Origin: an uncultured bacterium
Lineage (GTDB): Bacteria; Patescibacteriota; Minisyncoccia; UBA6257; 2-01-FULL-56-20
Length of the DNA stretch: 64,000 nt
Assembly: GCA_963844965.1 (NCBI GenBank)
Contig: CAWJQC010000007.1
Span: 32,001 to 96,000 of the forward strand
Direction: 5' to 3'
The stretch's first letter is position 1. The number at the start of each line of letters is the position of its first letter. This document shows positions 1 to 8,860 of this stretch, piece by piece. The translations under genes and the position numbers were made by a program. The notes under the pieces were generated by a model, which was given only the letters and a program-made list of their open reading frames with translations, was not told where the DNA came from and did not search any database.

Positions 1-1
1 T

Positions 2-175
2 TATGAATACACCTACGTACCAAATACTCCGCCGCAGAAGATACCGAGGATTCAGTTCTTGACTGCCGAAGATCTGTTCAAAGATCCATTGCCCATCAAG
101 CTTCCTCCAGCCGTCATTTCGCCCTTCAAGAAGCCCGCTATCGAAGCCATAAAAGAAGAAAGGGGCCTGTTCTAG
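2..175 (+). CDS. 3' end of a hypothetical protein (partial, runs off the window start)
   Basis: Frame open from the window edge to TAG at 173-175; no recognisable motif. Confidence 0.25.
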   Translation, partial: YEYTYVPNTPPQKIPRIQFLTAEDLFKDPLPIKLPPAVISPFKKPAIEAIKEERGLF

Positions 176-264
176 GTTTTGAAAATCAAACCCCAACCGA
201 AACGAGAATTTAAATATAAAAAATACCGAATACCAATATTCCAACAGCTCAACTCCCAAAGTCC

Positions 265-1137
265 CTATTCACGAGAGAAAACAACCTGAGGGCGGAACCC
301 CAAGTCGTCGTCCCGTGCGGCAGGGCCATCCCAGTACACGTCGGAGAGGCCACCGTAGCCTGAGCTGCCGCCATCGAGGCGCCTCGCGCCCTTCTGGTAA
401 GAATCTTCAAACCATTCCCAGGTATTGGTATCGCCCCACTCGGGGTGATAGGCGTTGCCGATGAAGTTCCATTCAATGGCTCGCGGCAGGCGGAGACACT
501 CTTCGGGCACGTCCATTGCCTCCGCTATGGCTTTTTTCACTTCCGGCTTGTTCAGCTCGTCCCAGGAGATGTTGAAGCGGGAGCCTTTCGTCTCAAAGTC
601 CGTAATAATCTTCTTTTTCCTCAAGTCCTCCAAGACGGGTCTGAGAACGTCGTCCTTATATATTTGCTTGCCGCTCTCGTACTTCGGCTTCCCGCGGGTG
701 TCGACGAGAATCCAGGAGGCGGGGAGCTTCAGGGCGTCCTTCGGCAAATCGTCCTTTTTAACATCGGCATAAAATTCAATTCCCCAACCATCGGCATATT
801 TTTTGCCCGGCTTCTTTTTCCAACCAGGCAAATCGCGCTCTTCTGTTAGTTCTTCATCGGGCAAGTAATGGAGCTCGAAGCCCATTTCCTTCCACTTCTC
901 GTATCGTTCGGGTGTGATTTCTTCCGGCAGCGGTGGAACCTCAACGTCGTAGCCGAAGAATTCCCTGAGTTTCTCGGTTTCCTGTTCCATTAGTTCCCTG
1001 AACTCTGCCGAGGATTCGGGCGCTTTCCTTTTCTCCTTCTCCGCCTCGCCCAATGCTTTTTCCACCTTCTTCTGGACGGTGGTTTTGTACTGGTCGGGGT
1101 TATACTCTTCGTAGATTTTGTAACCGGGGAAGGGCAT
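265..1137 (-). CDS. DGR target protein, paralog 1 (C-terminal FGE-sulfatase/C-type-lectin-fold domain carrying the variable region)
   Basis: 290 aa. C-terminus ..CLRLPRAIEWNFIGNAYHPEWGDTNTWEWFEDSY..RRLDGG..LGFRPQVV matches the RLPxEAEWE / GNxWEW / RGG / LGFR motifs of the FGE/SUMF1 fold used by DGR targets. The last ~35 codons are VR1. The N-terminal 2/3 is shared with paralogs 2 and 3. Confidence 0.7.
   Translation of the reverse strand: MPFPGYKIYEEYNPDQYKTTVQKKVEKALGEAEKEKRKAPESSAEFRELMEQETEKLREFFGYDVEVPPLPEEITPERYEKWKEMGFELHYLPDEELTEERDLPGWKKKPGKKYADGWGIEFYADVKKDDLPKDALKLPASWILVDTRGKPKYESGKQIYKDDVLRPVLEDLRKKKIITDFETKGSRFNISWDELNKPEVKKAIAEAMDVPEECLRLPRAIEWNFIGNAYHPEWGDTNTWEWFEDSYQKGARRLDGGSSGYGGLSDVYWDGPAARDDDLGFRPQVVFSRE
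286..391 (-). repeat. DGR variable region VR1
   Basis: 106 bp matching the template repeat at 4576-4681 except at positions that are A in the template sense strand (T on the printed strand); ends with the GC-rich ctgagggcggaaccccaag 3' element. Confidence 0.75.
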
Positions 1138-1142
1138 GGGGG

Positions 1143-3164
1143 TTATAAGTCTTTAGTATATTGAAGAATAACTTTTTGAACGGCCCGCGGCAATTTATTG
1201 ATGTCTTCAATGACTTCCGCGTCGGGCTTGTAGGTTTCTTTCACAGCGGCCCCAGATTCCGTCATCCCGAGTCCCAAAACAATCACTCCTTTCTCGCGAA
1301 GGGCTTTGAGATTTTTTTGAACAAGCTCCGCGTTTTCGCTTTCGCCGTCCGAGAGCACCACGATTACCTTGCGCCTTATCTTTTCTCGAATCTGTCGCTC
1401 GTCTTCTGGCGTCAACGATTTCAATACCTCATCAAGCGATAGATAATCCGGCGTTCCGCCGCCCGCGTTGTGCATTTTCTTCCAAATTGCGATGCGGTCT
1501 TTTTCCGATAGGTCTGGCGAGAGTTTTTTGAGTTCAGCGTCCCCGAAGTCGCCGAACGCTCTCGTTTCGGTTCTCACGCCCAAGCCAACCGGCGTACCGC
1601 TTTCGTACTCGGCCTCCTCAATTTCTTTTTGGAAATCCGCAAGCGATTCCAAGAAGAGAAGCTTGCTCTTCCGGTCCATTTCCAATTTTGATCCCTCGTT
1701 CATGGAACCGGACAGGTCGTTGATCAGGGTCATGTCAAGCGCACCGTATCCTTCCTCCTCCCGTTCTTTGCGCTCGACTTCTCGGAATGCCCTCGGCTCG
1801 CCGCCGCTTTTTGATTCAATGTACGCTTCCGCGATCGCGCCACCTTCTATTTCCTCTCCTTCCCTCTGAAGTTGTGGCCGCACTTTCCAGCGCCGCCGCA
1901 ATCTCCTTGTCACCACTTGTTTGAACACTTCTCGGAGTTCGGCGATGAGCGGTGCGATTTCTTTATATTCATTCCGATAGCCAATTATGTCCTCAGGGCT
2001 TACATTATGCTCTTTGGCCCACTGTTCAAGGATGCTTTGATCAAGCGACGGCATTCCGCCCCGTTCTTTCACGATCGTCTCCATTGTTTTCATGATTTTC
2101 TCCTCGTCTTTCGCGGATAACGGCTCGGGGTGCACATCTTCGTAAGTTTTATATTGCTTCTTGAAATTTTTTTCCGCTTCTTTTCGCGCCGCGCTCTCGC
2201 TCCCCTTATCTTTTTTCTTGTCTTTCTCTTTCCCGCCCTCTTCCTCTTTGCCCTTGCCGGCCTCGGCTTCTTTTTTCTTTTTGAATTTGTCCCACCATTT
2301 TTTATCCTGCTTTTGCTCGCCTTGTCCCCCCTGCCCTTCTTGAGGTTGGCCTTCTCCGGCCTCTTCCTGCCCCTTCCCTTTTTTACCCTTACCTTTCTGC
2401 GTTTCTTTCTCCAGGTCCTTGCGATAGAGCTCCATATAAACCGGCTCGACAACCTGGCGCATAAGCCTGAAGCGATCGCGCGGCTCTATCGTAGGAGTGG
2501 TTACGAGATCCAAAATATCCGTCTTGTCGCCGCCGAAGCTTCTGAGCTTATCGAGCGCTTCTTGGGCTTCGGGACCCACCATAACCTTTTCATCGGGGAC
2601 CATCATCTGACGTATAAAGCCGTAGACGAACTGGACGTGGGCCGCCAGTTCTTGTTCTTGCCCGGTCTTCGGGTCTTCCAGGCGTCGGTAGTCCGTCGCC
2701 GGAAACATTTTCTCTTTATATAAAGTTCGGCGCGTCTCCTCCAAAAATGGTAGTTCGGCGACGATACGCCGATTACCAAGCACATCTTCAAAAATATTAT
2801 GAAGGATGTGGAGCTGCGGTTTTTGCTGGCTGTATCGCTTCGCTTCTTTGAGTATGAACTCGGGGTCTCTCAAGAGCTCGCCGTAATGAGCCATAAGTTC
2901 GTGGGTTGTCGCAAAAAGGGTTTCTTTGAGATTGTAGCCGCGCTCGATAAAAAAGTTAGGATCGTAAATTAGCCGACGGTTTTCAAAATCGAACGCCCAG
3001 CCGTTATTGCCCCTATCAAGCGTGATATCGCCGCGCATGCCGTACGCGCCGAGAATCTCGCCCTCTCTATCGAAAAACGCTTCAATTTCGGATGGCGGCG
3101 CCTCCTTTTTCTCAGCGAGGACGGTATTCTCCTCTGGCGGTTTTTCTGGCGAGAATTTAGTCAC
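1143..3164 (-). CDS. vWA-domain protein with N-terminal HExxH metallopeptidase-like motif and K/E/G-rich linker
   Basis: 673 aa. ATTHELMAH (HExxH) near the N-terminus. C-terminal DMTLINDLSGSM (MIDAS DxSGS) and VVLSDGES, typical of von Willebrand A domains. Long low-complexity KEG linker. Confidence 0.65.
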   Translation of the reverse strand: MTKFSPEKPPEENTVLAEKKEAPPSEIEAFFDREGEILGAYGMRGDITLDRGNNGWAFDFENRRLIYDPNFFIERGYNLKETLFATTHELMAHYGELLRDPEFILKEAKRYSQQKPQLHILHNIFEDVLGNRRIVAELPFLEETRRTLYKEKMFPATDYRRLEDPKTGQEQELAAHVQFVYGFIRQMMVPDEKVMVGPEAQEALDKLRSFGGDKTDILDLVTTPTIEPRDRFRLMRQVVEPVYMELYRKDLEKETQKGKGKKGKGQEEAGEGQPQEGQGGQGEQKQDKKWWDKFKKKKEAEAGKGKEEEGGKEKDKKKDKGSESAARKEAEKNFKKQYKTYEDVHPEPLSAKDEEKIMKTMETIVKERGGMPSLDQSILEQWAKEHNVSPEDIIGYRNEYKEIAPLIAELREVFKQVVTRRLRRRWKVRPQLQREGEEIEGGAIAEAYIESKSGGEPRAFREVERKEREEEGYGALDMTLINDLSGSMNEGSKLEMDRKSKLLFLESLADFQKEIEEAEYESGTPVGLGVRTETRAFGDFGDAELKKLSPDLSEKDRIAIWKKMHNAGGGTPDYLSLDEVLKSLTPEDERQIREKIRRKVIVVLSDGESENAELVQKNLKALREKGVIVLGLGMTESGAAVKETYKPDAEVIEDINKLPRAVQKVILQYTKDL

Positions 3165-3201
3165 GTTGTTTTGTTTATTATACCGCTTATACGCAAAAAA
3201 A

Positions 3202-4221
3202 TCAAATGATTTTCTTTATCATTTCCAGCCGCACCCCGCGAGACCGAGAATGCTTCACGAGCCCCAAATACGAGATGAAAGAATCTTTATTGAAACCGTT
3301 ATCCAATTTTTGGAGCATTCTCCGTTTTGTTTTTGTGCGCAAAATGCGGTGATGCGGAAAACAAACAAATCCGAGAAAATCTACGCCCTGATGATATTTT
3401 CTTATGGAAACTTTTTTGGGGTGCAGCTCGAGTTTGAGGTTTGCGTTAAGAAAATCGCTGATTTTTTCGATGTAGCTCGACAGAAGTTCCTTGTCCCTGT
3501 CCAAAATCACGAAATCATCGCAATAGCGCATATAATATTTTGCCCGCAAGATCGTTTTTACGAATTGATCGAGCTCATTCATGTAGATATTCGCGAAGAG
3601 TTGGCTCGTAAGGTTGCCGAGCGGCAACCCCTTGCCAGCTTCTTTGCTGAAACTGTCGATAATTATTTGGAAAAGGCTGAGGGCGCGCGGATCTTGTATT
3701 CGCCGCGCAAGAAGATTCTTCAATATCCCGTGGTCAATGGAGTTGAAAAAACTTTTGATGTCGCACTTCAGGGCCCAAACTGTTTTCGTGTTGTTTTTGG
3801 ATAATTTCCAGCCAAATTTGTGCAAGCGCTCGAGCGCGGCGTGAGCCCCCTTCTCGTCCCGGCAAGCGTAAGAATCAAAAATGAAGCGCAGATCGAATAT
3901 CGGCTCGATCACCCTGACGATCGCGTGATGTAAAACCCGGTCGCGAACCGGTGCTTTGTGGATGTGTCTTTTCTTCGGATCGAACACAAAAAACGATTTA
4001 TACGCGCCATGTTGATATTTTCCGTCCTTTAGCGTATAATGCAGGCAGAAAAGGTTATCTTCAAGATTGCGGGAAAATTCCATCACTTCCAGCTTCCGCG
4101 ATTTACCTCGTAAAAACTCATACCATGCAAACAACAAATTATTAGATGAAATAATGTTTTCATACACAACATGACTATCCAAACCGTCCCCGATAGAATG
4201 TTGGACCTCCCTATTTTCCAT
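3202..4221 (-). CDS. Diversity-generating retroelement reverse transcriptase
   Basis: RT motifs: ENIISSNNLLFAWYEFLRGKSRK (motif 0/1), KKRHIHKAPVRDRVLHHAIVRVIEPIF (motif 2), KSFFNSIDH (motif A), LPLGNLTSQLFANIYMNELD (motif B with the DGR-specific GxxxSQ instead of SP), YCDDFVI (YxDD). The ORF track starts at alt-start 4278; the ATG at 4221 fits DGR RT N-termini better. Confidence 0.8.
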   Translation of the reverse strand: MENREVQHSIGDGLDSHVVYENIISSNNLLFAWYEFLRGKSRKLEVMEFSRNLEDNLFCLHYTLKDGKYQHGAYKSFFVFDPKKRHIHKAPVRDRVLHHAIVRVIEPIFDLRFIFDSYACRDEKGAHAALERLHKFGWKLSKNNTKTVWALKCDIKSFFNSIDHGILKNLLARRIQDPRALSLFQIIIDSFSKEAGKGLPLGNLTSQLFANIYMNELDQFVKTILRAKYYMRYCDDFVILDRDKELLSSYIEKISDFLNANLKLELHPKKVSIRKYHQGVDFLGFVCFPHHRILRTKTKRRMLQKLDNGFNKDSFISYLGLVKHSRSRGVRLEMIKKII

Positions 4222-4551
4222 AAAACATACGATTTTATTATTGTATTTTCCAATTACGTCGTTAAGTTTCCCAAACACGATCGCTTCACTCTCGGCGCGA
4301 GGATAGAAAACACCGCCGTCGAACTCTTAATGCTTATCATGCGGGCGAATTACGGGCAAGCCGTAGCGCGCGTCGGTTTTTTAAACGAAGGAAGTATCCT
4401 GCTCGATATGCTCAAGGTATTCGTGCGGCTCGCGAAGGATAAGAAAGCTATACACCCGAATCAGTATTTAATGCTCGAGGAACGGTTGCAGGAAATAGGC
4501 CGCATGCTCGGCGGTTGGATAAAGTCCTCAAGTGCAAAAAGACCCGTGTGA
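4198..4551 (+). CDS. avd: Avd-like accessory variability determinant (four-helix-bundle protein)
   Basis: ~118 aa. ..FPKHDRFTLGARIENTAVELL..FLNEGSILLDMLKVFVRLAKD..LQEIGRMLGGWIKS closely resembles Bordetella bAvd (..GRILGSWIA..) and the TIGR02436 four-helix-bundle family. Opposite strand to the RT, 5' ends overlapping by ~24 nt. Confidence 0.6.
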   Translation: MLDLPIFHKTYDFIIVFSNYVVKFPKHDRFTLGARIENTAVELLMLIMRANYGQAVARVGFLNEGSILLDMLKVFVRLAKDKKAIHPNQYLMLEERLQEIGRMLGGWIKSSSAKRPV

Positions 4552-4563
4552 GCGGGTCTTTTT
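4536..4563. terminator. Bidirectional hairpin terminator between avd and TR
   Basis: aaaaagacccg-tgtgag-cgggtcttttt perfect palindrome with A/T runs on both sides. Confidence 0.5.
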
Positions 4564-4575
4564 GTGAGATACGAT

Positions 4576-4681
4576 CTGAGGGCGGAACCCCAAGTTGTCG
4601 TTCCGTTCGGCAGGGTCATCCCAGTTCACGTTGGAGAGGCCACCGTTGTCTGAGTTGCCGCCATCGAGGCGCCTCGTGCCC
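4576..4681 (-). repeat. DGR template repeat (TR)
   Basis: Not in a full-length gene. In the sense (minus) orientation it encodes GTRRLDGGNSDNGGLSNVNWDDPAERNDNLGFRPQ, with AAC/GAC codons exactly where the three VRs differ. Every VR/TR mismatch I can see is at a TR adenine. Confidence 0.8.
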
Positions 4682-4920
4682 GGTCCCAAGCCCATCTGTG
4701 TCCCAAACCATCCAAGGCAGCGGCAATTCGCAGAAAGCGTCTTGCCTGTATAAATATGGAGCGGTATTCCTTTGTTTAAAGGAAATCCGCATAAGTTTGG
4801 AGCACGTCGTTTCTCTCGTTTGTTGGGCGAACCGACGATCCGTAGATCCGGCTACATTAGCCCGCATAAAAAATTTACACCGAAATGCCCAAAGGAGCAA
4901 CAGCCCAATCCCCAAAGTTC

Positions 4921-5799
4921 CTACTCACGAGAGAAAACAACCTGAGGGCGGAACCCCAAGTCGTCGTTCCGTCCGGCAGGGCCATCCCAGTCCACGTGGG
5001 AGAGGCCACCGCGGCCTGAGTGGCCGCCATCGAGGCGCCTCGCGCCCTTTTGGTAAGAGTCCTCGAACCATTCCCAGGTATTCGTCTCACCCCACTTGGG
5101 ATAATAAAGATTTCCCATATAGTTCCATTCAATAGCTCTTGGAAGTCTCAGGGATTCGGGCGGAACGTCGAGTGCCTCCGCGATGGCTTTTTTCACTTCC
5201 GGCTTGTTCAGCTCGTCCCAGGAGATATTATAGCGAGAGTTCTTGACTTTGAAATCCGTGATTATCTTTTTCTTTCTCAAATCCTCAAGTGTCTCTGCCA
5301 GTATGTCTTCGGCATATTTTTGTTTGCCGTCTTGATAGTTGGGCTTTTCGCGGCTGTCCACGAGAATCCACGAGGCAGGTAGTTTGAGGGTGTCTTTCGG
5401 AAGATTGCCGTTCTTTACCTCGTCAAAAAACTCGATACCCCAACTCTTATCCGGAGTGTATCGCGTGCCCGGCTTCTTTTTCCAACCAGGCAAATCGCGC
5501 TCTTCTGTTAGCTCTTCATCGGGCAAGTAATGAAGTTCAAGCCCCATTTCTTTCCACTTTTCGTATCGTTCTGGTGTGATTTCTTCCGGCAGCAGTGGAA
5601 CCTCAACGTCGTAGCCGAAGAATTCCCTGAGTTTCTCGGTTTCCTGCTCCATTAGTTCCCTGAACTCTGCCGAGGATTCGGGTGCTTTCCTTTTCTCCTT
5701 CTCCGCCTCGCCCAATGCTTTTTCCACCTTCTTTTGAACGGTGGTTTTGTACTGGTCGGGGTTATACTCTTCGTAGATTTTGTAACCGGGGAAGGGCAT
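4921..5799 (-). CDS. DGR target protein, paralog 2
   Basis: 292 aa; same architecture as 265..1137; C-terminal VR2. Confidence 0.7.
   Translation of the reverse strand: MPFPGYKIYEEYNPDQYKTTVQKKVEKALGEAEKEKRKAPESSAEFRELMEQETEKLREFFGYDVEVPLLPEEITPERYEKWKEMGLELHYLPDEELTEERDLPGWKKKPGTRYTPDKSWGIEFFDEVKNGNLPKDTLKLPASWILVDSREKPNYQDGKQKYAEDILAETLEDLRKKKIITDFKVKNSRYNISWDELNKPEVKKAIAEALDVPPESLRLPRAIEWNYMGNLYYPKWGETNTWEWFEDSYQKGARRLDGGHSGRGGLSHVDWDGPAGRNDDLGFRPQVVFSRE
4942..5047 (-). repeat. DGR variable region VR2
   Basis: Aligned to TR; substitutions only at TR adenines. Confidence 0.75.
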
Positions 5800-5888
5800 G
5801 GTGTCAAATGAATGGTCTTATTTGTTTATTGTTATAAAATTTTTTTTGAAAGCCTACCAAAGAAACAAGAGAACAATTGTCAAAGTTC

Positions 5889-6737
5889 CTACTCACGAGA
5901 GAAAACAACCTGAGGGCGGAACCCCAAGCTGCCGAGCCGCTCGGCAGGGTCATCCCAGTCCACGTGGGAGAGGCCACCGAGGCCTGAGCCGCCGCCATCG
6001 AGGCGCCTCGCGCCCTTTTGGTAAGAATCTTCAAACCATTCCCAGGTATTGGTATCGCCCCACTCGGGGTGATAGGCGTTGCCGATAACGTTCCATTCAA
6101 TCGCTCGCGGCAGGCGGAGACACTCTTCGGGCACGTCCATTGCCTCCGCTATGGCCTTTTTGACTTCGGGCTTATTCAGTTCGTCCCAGGAGATGTTGAA
6201 GCGGGAGCCTTTCGTCTCAAAGTCCGTAATAATCTTCTTTTTCCTCAAGTCCTCTAAGACGGGTCTGAGGACGTCGTCCTTATATATTTGCTTGCCGCTC
6301 TCGTACTTCGGCTTCCCGCGGGTGTCGACGAGAATCCAGGCGTCGGGGAGCTTAGCAGCATCGGCAGGGATTTCGTTCGCCTCTAAGCGGCCATAAAACC
6401 AATCTCCAGGTTTCTTTTTCCACCCCGGGAAAGCGGCATCCTTCCTCATCTCTTCCGGGGGAAGGTAGTGCAATTCAAAACCCATCTCTTTCCATTTTTC
6501 ATAACGCTCGGGGGTAACTTCATCGGGTAAGGGCGGGACTTCAACCTCATGACCGAAGAAAGTGCTGAGAGATTCTGTCTCGCGATCTACCAGTTCCCGG
6601 AATTCCGCTGATTCCGGCGTCATTCTCCCTTTCTCCTTCTCCGCCTCGCCCAGTGCTTTTTCCACCTTCTTCTGGACGGTGGTTTTGTACTGGTCGGGGT
6701 TGTACTCTTCATAGATTTTGTAGCCGGGGAAGGGCAT
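5889..6737 (-). CDS. DGR target protein, paralog 3
   Basis: 282 aa; same N-terminal and C-terminal architecture; middle segment divergent; C-terminal VR3. Confidence 0.7.
   Translation of the reverse strand: MPFPGYKIYEEYNPDQYKTTVQKKVEKALGEAEKEKGRMTPESAEFRELVDRETESLSTFFGHEVEVPPLPDEVTPERYEKWKEMGFELHYLPPEEMRKDAAFPGWKKKPGDWFYGRLEANEIPADAAKLPDAWILVDTRGKPKYESGKQIYKDDVLRPVLEDLRKKKIITDFETKGSRFNISWDELNKPEVKKAIAEAMDVPEECLRLPRAIEWNVIGNAYHPEWGDTNTWEWFEDSYQKGARRLDGGGSGLGGLSHVDWDDPAERLGSLGFRPQVVFSRE
5910..6015 (-). repeat. DGR variable region VR3
   Basis: Aligned to TR; substitutions only at TR adenines. Confidence 0.75.
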
Positions 6738-6742
6738 CGGAA

Positions 6743-8419
6743 TTATTCTTTACCTTGCCACGCACGTAGGGTCTTCGCCGCGAGTCCAGGCACCTTGAAA
6801 TCTTCCGGCTTGGTGTCTTTGAAGAATTTATTCGCCATAAAGACGCGGATCATGTTTTCCCTGTCTTTGCTCGCGCGTCCGCTGATTTCCGCCTTATGGA
6901 AGAACTCGCGGAGAACCACGTTTCCGAGCGGATCTTTGAAGCCGCCGGCCTTCCACGCCTTCATAATTTCAATCTGGTCCTTCAAGGTGATGACGAGTTC
7001 TCGAAACGCAAGGCGGTCGCTCTTTGACAAGCTTTCTTCCGCGCCCTCCCGCACCGAGAGCGTGAAATCTTCCTGAATTTTGCGGCAGGCGGCGGCAAAG
7101 CGCTTCAGCTCATCAACTTTTTGCCCTGCTTCCGCTTCGCTCCATTGAATGTTGCCGTGGCGGTCGGCGAGAACGGCGGTCAAAATCTGCAACGTTTCCG
7201 GAGCGATATACTGCCCTTCTTTATTTTTCTTGCCGAGGTCCAAGTAATGTATTTCCCGCGCCCCTGCGCCTCCGATGAAGCGGCGAAGGGTCGCGACGTC
7301 CAGCTCATAGCGCTGCTTATATCGTTCTGATTTCAAGTTTGCCGTTGCCATAATCGGCGCGCGGATCGGAATTTCTTCCCCGGTCACCGGATGCTTCCAT
7401 GCGTCGCCGACGCGTTTCTGAAGAAGATCGTGCAAGATCCCCGCGAATTCGTGGGGCATAAGGTTGACTTCGTCCAAGATCACCGGGCGTCCTTCTTTTT
7501 GCGCCTTTACGAATTCGGAATAGTCAAAAACCGTCTCGCCCCCTTTGAGCCCTCGGCTCCCTATGATTTGTGATTCTTTGATTTGTTCTTGAATGGGGAT
7601 TAGGGCTGGGTCTCTCCTTAAGTATCTTTCGGAAATATATTTTGCAAGCTGCGACTTTCCGGAACCGGTTTCGCCCTGGAAAAGAACCGGCGCACCCTGC
7701 ATCAAATCCGGAAGTATGGCTCGGATCAATTCCGTACGCGATTCCGTTTCGGCGAAGCTGTAACGTTCGAGGTCGCGCTGCATGCGTCTGATTCCTCGCC
7801 GCTCCAACATATCAATCGTTTCGGGGTCCAATTCAAACTTCTGTAATCTTTCTTGAAGCTCAATCTTCCGAGCCGCCATGTTCGCCAATTTCTTGCGTTC
7901 AATCGGACCGGGCGCTCGCCCCACTTTCTCGAAAAGCATCTGGAGCTTTTCTTCGGCAGAAGTTATTGCGCCAAGTTCTTTCTCCGCATGTTCGTATTCT
8001 AACGCTTTTGCGAGCGTCTGTTTTTGTCTTTCAAATTTTTCTTTGTAAGCACGCAGCACTTCTGGATTGCTTGCTAATTCTTTTATACGAGCGTCGTATT
8101 CGTGAAGCGTGGTTTCCTGAAATTCCGCTAATTCTGGATCGAGCGAAAGAGCCTCAAGATGTGCGGCCATTTCTTTTTCGCCTTTGGCTTTGAGATCGGC
8201 GAGTTCCGTTTTGCTTTTCACGCCCCAGGCCTCATTCACATGTTTTGCGACCTCCGCGCGAGAAGCCGAAAACTCGGCGAGTTCGCTGACTCGCGATTCT
8301 AATTCTTCAGGCGACAGGGTTTTTTCTTTTTTCCCGGATTTTTGCGCGCCCTCCTTCTCAAGAACGATTTCGGGGGTAGTTTTTACCTCGGGAACATGTG
8401 GTATTTTTTCTGGGGACAT
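6743..8419 (-). CDS. AAA+ ATPase (AAA_5/MoxR-like) with N-terminal coiled-coil region
   Basis: 558 aa. Walker A GETGSGKS, Walker B VILDEVNL, ATANL sensor-like segment, arginine finger region RRF. Confidence 0.7.
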   Translation of the reverse strand: MSPEKIPHVPEVKTTPEIVLEKEGAQKSGKKEKTLSPEELESRVSELAEFSASRAEVAKHVNEAWGVKSKTELADLKAKGEKEMAAHLEALSLDPELAEFQETTLHEYDARIKELASNPEVLRAYKEKFERQKQTLAKALEYEHAEKELGAITSAEEKLQMLFEKVGRAPGPIERKKLANMAARKIELQERLQKFELDPETIDMLERRGIRRMQRDLERYSFAETESRTELIRAILPDLMQGAPVLFQGETGSGKSQLAKYISERYLRRDPALIPIQEQIKESQIIGSRGLKGGETVFDYSEFVKAQKEGRPVILDEVNLMPHEFAGILHDLLQKRVGDAWKHPVTGEEIPIRAPIMATANLKSERYKQRYELDVATLRRFIGGAGAREIHYLDLGKKNKEGQYIAPETLQILTAVLADRHGNIQWSEAEAGQKVDELKRFAAACRKIQEDFTLSVREGAEESLSKSDRLAFRELVITLKDQIEIMKAWKAGGFKDPLGNVVLREFFHKAEISGRASKDRENMIRVFMANKFFKDTKPEDFKVPGLAAKTLRAWQGKE

Positions 8420-8860
8420 ATTATTGCAATTATAGTAGCAAGGCCTTTATTTCTCAAGACTTTCGATTGTTTCCATGATACCATAATAATATAACTGCGT
8501 CAAGTCGCGCGTTTTCGTTCCCGAACGACCCCTGCTCTATCCTCAAAAACCTTGTCAGGGTCTAACTACGAAGGCCCCTTCGCAAGTCCTCTGATCTAAG
8601 TTAGGGTGGATGCAAAGGTCGAAAAATCGTATAATCTCATTAACAACTGAATAACCTCAAAGGCAGAGCCGTAACCCTCGCGAAAAATCGTGCGGCATGG
8701 CTCGAAATCCGTCCTCGGTAGAAAGCTCCTAGTCAGAGCACCGGGGACGGTCATATCTCGAAAGGGGTGTGGGTCCCGCAAGGGATCGCTGGCTGGGAGC
8801 TTTTTATTTCGGTCGATCTCTCGCTGGCACATTAGTAAATAATTAACAAAAAATAAAAAT

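Noticed and set aside
249-476. 75-100-aa minus-strand ORFs starting MNGT.. at the 3' ends of all three DGR targets (also 4875-5132 and 5804-6100) and the antisense plus-strand ORFs over the VRs
   Set aside because: They are alternative frames of the VR/TR DNA. Their similarity is explained by the DGR repeats, not by selection on these frames
2090-2723. K/R-rich 120-aa and F/L-rich 197-aa ORFs overlapping the vWA gene linker
   Set aside because: These are low-complexity artefacts of the GA-rich linker region read in other frames or antisense
3007-3844. 265-aa plus-strand ORF antisense to the reverse transcriptase
   Set aside because: No motifs; it fully overlaps a gene with strong RT motifs on the other strand
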